From: Podarcis filfolensis
Lineage: Eukaryota
Length of the DNA: 64,000 bases
Strand: one strand, 5' to 3'
Assembly (NCBI GenBank): GCA_964270895.1
Contig: OZ185442.1
The notes below the pieces were generated by a model, which ran no database searches, had not been told where the DNA came from, and saw nothing but the letters and a program-made list of their open reading frames with translations. Each line of letters begins with the position of its first letter. Position 1 is the stretch's first letter. Below are positions 62,636 to 64,000 of the stretch, piece by piece. A program made the translations under genes and the position numbers.

Positions 62636-63057
62636 GTGAGTTTCCAGGACCCCCTTGACCCCTTTAGCCACCGTTCCTTTAGCAATCGAAGCAAAATTAT
62701 CCTGCTCCTCAAACTCCTAAACAGGGGGATAGAGGCTTCCTGTTTCACAAGACATGGACACACAGGTGTATTTTATTACACTGGTGCTACCTTCTGCCAC
62801 CCTGTAATGCTGGTCTAGGCTGGAGACCACCAGGAACTGAATCTGGTACCTTCTGCAGACCAGGCATGTTCTCCCCCACTGAGCTGTGGTCTAAATGTTT
62901 GGTCCCGAAGCTGTTTCTGCATCACAGGCTCTTCTGTTTTCAAAAGCAGGGACCTTTCTTACCTCTAGGTCTCACTTAAGGTTTAGCAGAGTTGGGTTGG
63001 TTCCCTTCCCAGCCAGCACCCTCACTCTGCTTCAGTTGAGTGTTTGCAGTGGAAATA

Positions 63058-63095
63058 TCTATTGTTATTATTATTGTTGTTGTTGTTGTTGTTAT
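63058..63095. repeat. Compound (TTA)n(TTG)n microsatellite
   Basis: Direct reading; lies about 155 nt upstream of the 63252 acceptor. Confidence 0.9.
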
Positions 63096-63251
63096 TTGAG
63101 GAGGAAGGAAAAAGGACCCTGTTGTTGGTGTTTCCCCTCCTCCTCCCTGTGCATTTTGTGTGTGCTGCATTTTCCTTTTCTTTTGGGGGGGGTGTGTGTG
63201 TGTGCCATTTTCTTCTACTCGGTGTCATTGTCTGTCCGCAATGGTTGTTAG

Positions 63252-63362
63252 CAAAAGGAATCCTCAGGGCAGAAGACCCTTCGGCTGGTGAAAGTGCCGT
63301 CCTGGTGTCGCACGAGCAGCGAAGAGTGCGAAGAGGAGGAGGATGAGGAGGATGGTGACGCA
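63252..63362 (+). CDS. MACF1: MACF1 acidic insert exon within CH1: QKESSGQKTLRLVKVPSWCRTSSEECEEEEDEEDGDA
   Basis: 111 nt, open in phase 0, TTAG acceptor, GCA|GTAGGT donor. It sits right after the ...SGVKL exon, where plakins carry the optional 3-alpha type exon ending in xRL. An internal donor CTG|GTGAAA at 63287 would give a 36-nt form. Confidence 0.8.
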
Positions 63363-63605
63363 GTAGGTCAAAGTCCTCCTTGGAGCAGCGTTAACAACAA
63401 CTGGCACCGGGGCACGCTCAGATAATCCAGGTGTACCTGAGGTTTTGGGCAGGGATCACCTGGGCTGTCTTTTGAGAAACAGAGAATGATTCTTAACACT
63501 GATGGACTCTAAAGGCACGTGAGACCTTGCTCAAGCTTTGAGCAGGCATGGGCCTGGTCATTGCCTGGGTGGGTGACCATCTGGGACCTAGGTGTATGCT
63601 CCCTT

Positions 63606-63788
63606 GGGAAGGGCCATAGCTCAGTGGCAGGAGATCCCAGGATCAATGTCTGGTGGTATCTCCAGCAAGGGCTGGGACAGAGCCCTGCCTGAAACCCTGG
63701 AGAACTGCTGCCAGTCAGTGTAGACAATACGGAGCTTGATGGACCGATGGGTCTGACTCAGTATAAGGCAGCTTCCTATGTTCCTGTG
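63606..63788 (+). mobile_element. tRNA-derived squamate SINE with a CR1-like tail (Squam3-like)
   Basis: GGGAAGGGCCATAGCTCAGTGG head, CTGCCAGTCAGTGTAGACAATAC body, TTCCTATGTTCCT tail. Degenerate relatives at about 18243-18380, 40535-40690 and 54508-54670, and on the minus strand at about 4730-4800 and 50800-50850. Confidence 0.75.
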
Positions 63789-64000
63789 AGTGAAGAAAGG
63801 CAGGAAATAAATTCAATTTTTATAAAGTATTTAATATCAGAAATTACTATGCCATTGCCCTTTTTGCTCAATTTTTTTTTAAAAAAACCCTAAAGGTTTG
63901 ATTGACTTTAAAACACTCTAAAGAATTCATTGGGGTAACACTGGATGTCCAAAAAACACCATATGCATTCTCTCAGTTGGTGTTACTTGGACATAATTGA

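Noticed and set aside
62369-62818. 149-aa ORF as a single-exon gene
   Set aside because: Only 62546-62635 is coding; the flanks are intron read-through.
1-64000. PLEC or DST as the gene identity; also plectin exon 1 (S10-like domain), 1d (MKIVP), 1f-like and MACF1 MSSSDEE / MGNSLGC exons
   Set aside because: The CH1 residues are MACF1-specific. I found none of those other first exons by eye; they may lie outside the window or be absent.
1-64000. CRISPR array, prokaryotic operon or intact transposase/RT gene
   Set aside because: The DNA is eukaryotic and intronic, there are no regularly spaced repeat-spacer units, and all TE coding remnants are truncated.

Overview
This is vertebrate genomic DNA, most likely from a lacertid-type lizard: it carries Sauria SINEs, RTE-BovB, CR1/L2 remnants and hAT and Tc1/mariner MITEs. 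The whole window appears to lie in the 5' part of the spectraplakin gene MACF1 (ACF7) on the + strand. The shared CH1 (actin-binding domain) exons are at 61736-61797 and 62546-62635, followed by an acidic in-frame exon at 63252-63362. The long ORFs in the track are almost all spurious. The main signal is a series of short phase-1 alternative first coding exons upstream of the common DERDRVQKK exon. They are at 16475, 52019 and 56851, with weaker candidates at 49314 and 61480. Their peptides resemble plectin first exons 1e, 1b, 1g and (weakly) 1a, and they occur in the same order as in PLEC. Comparisons to plectin and human MACF1 peptides are from memory and need database confirmation.
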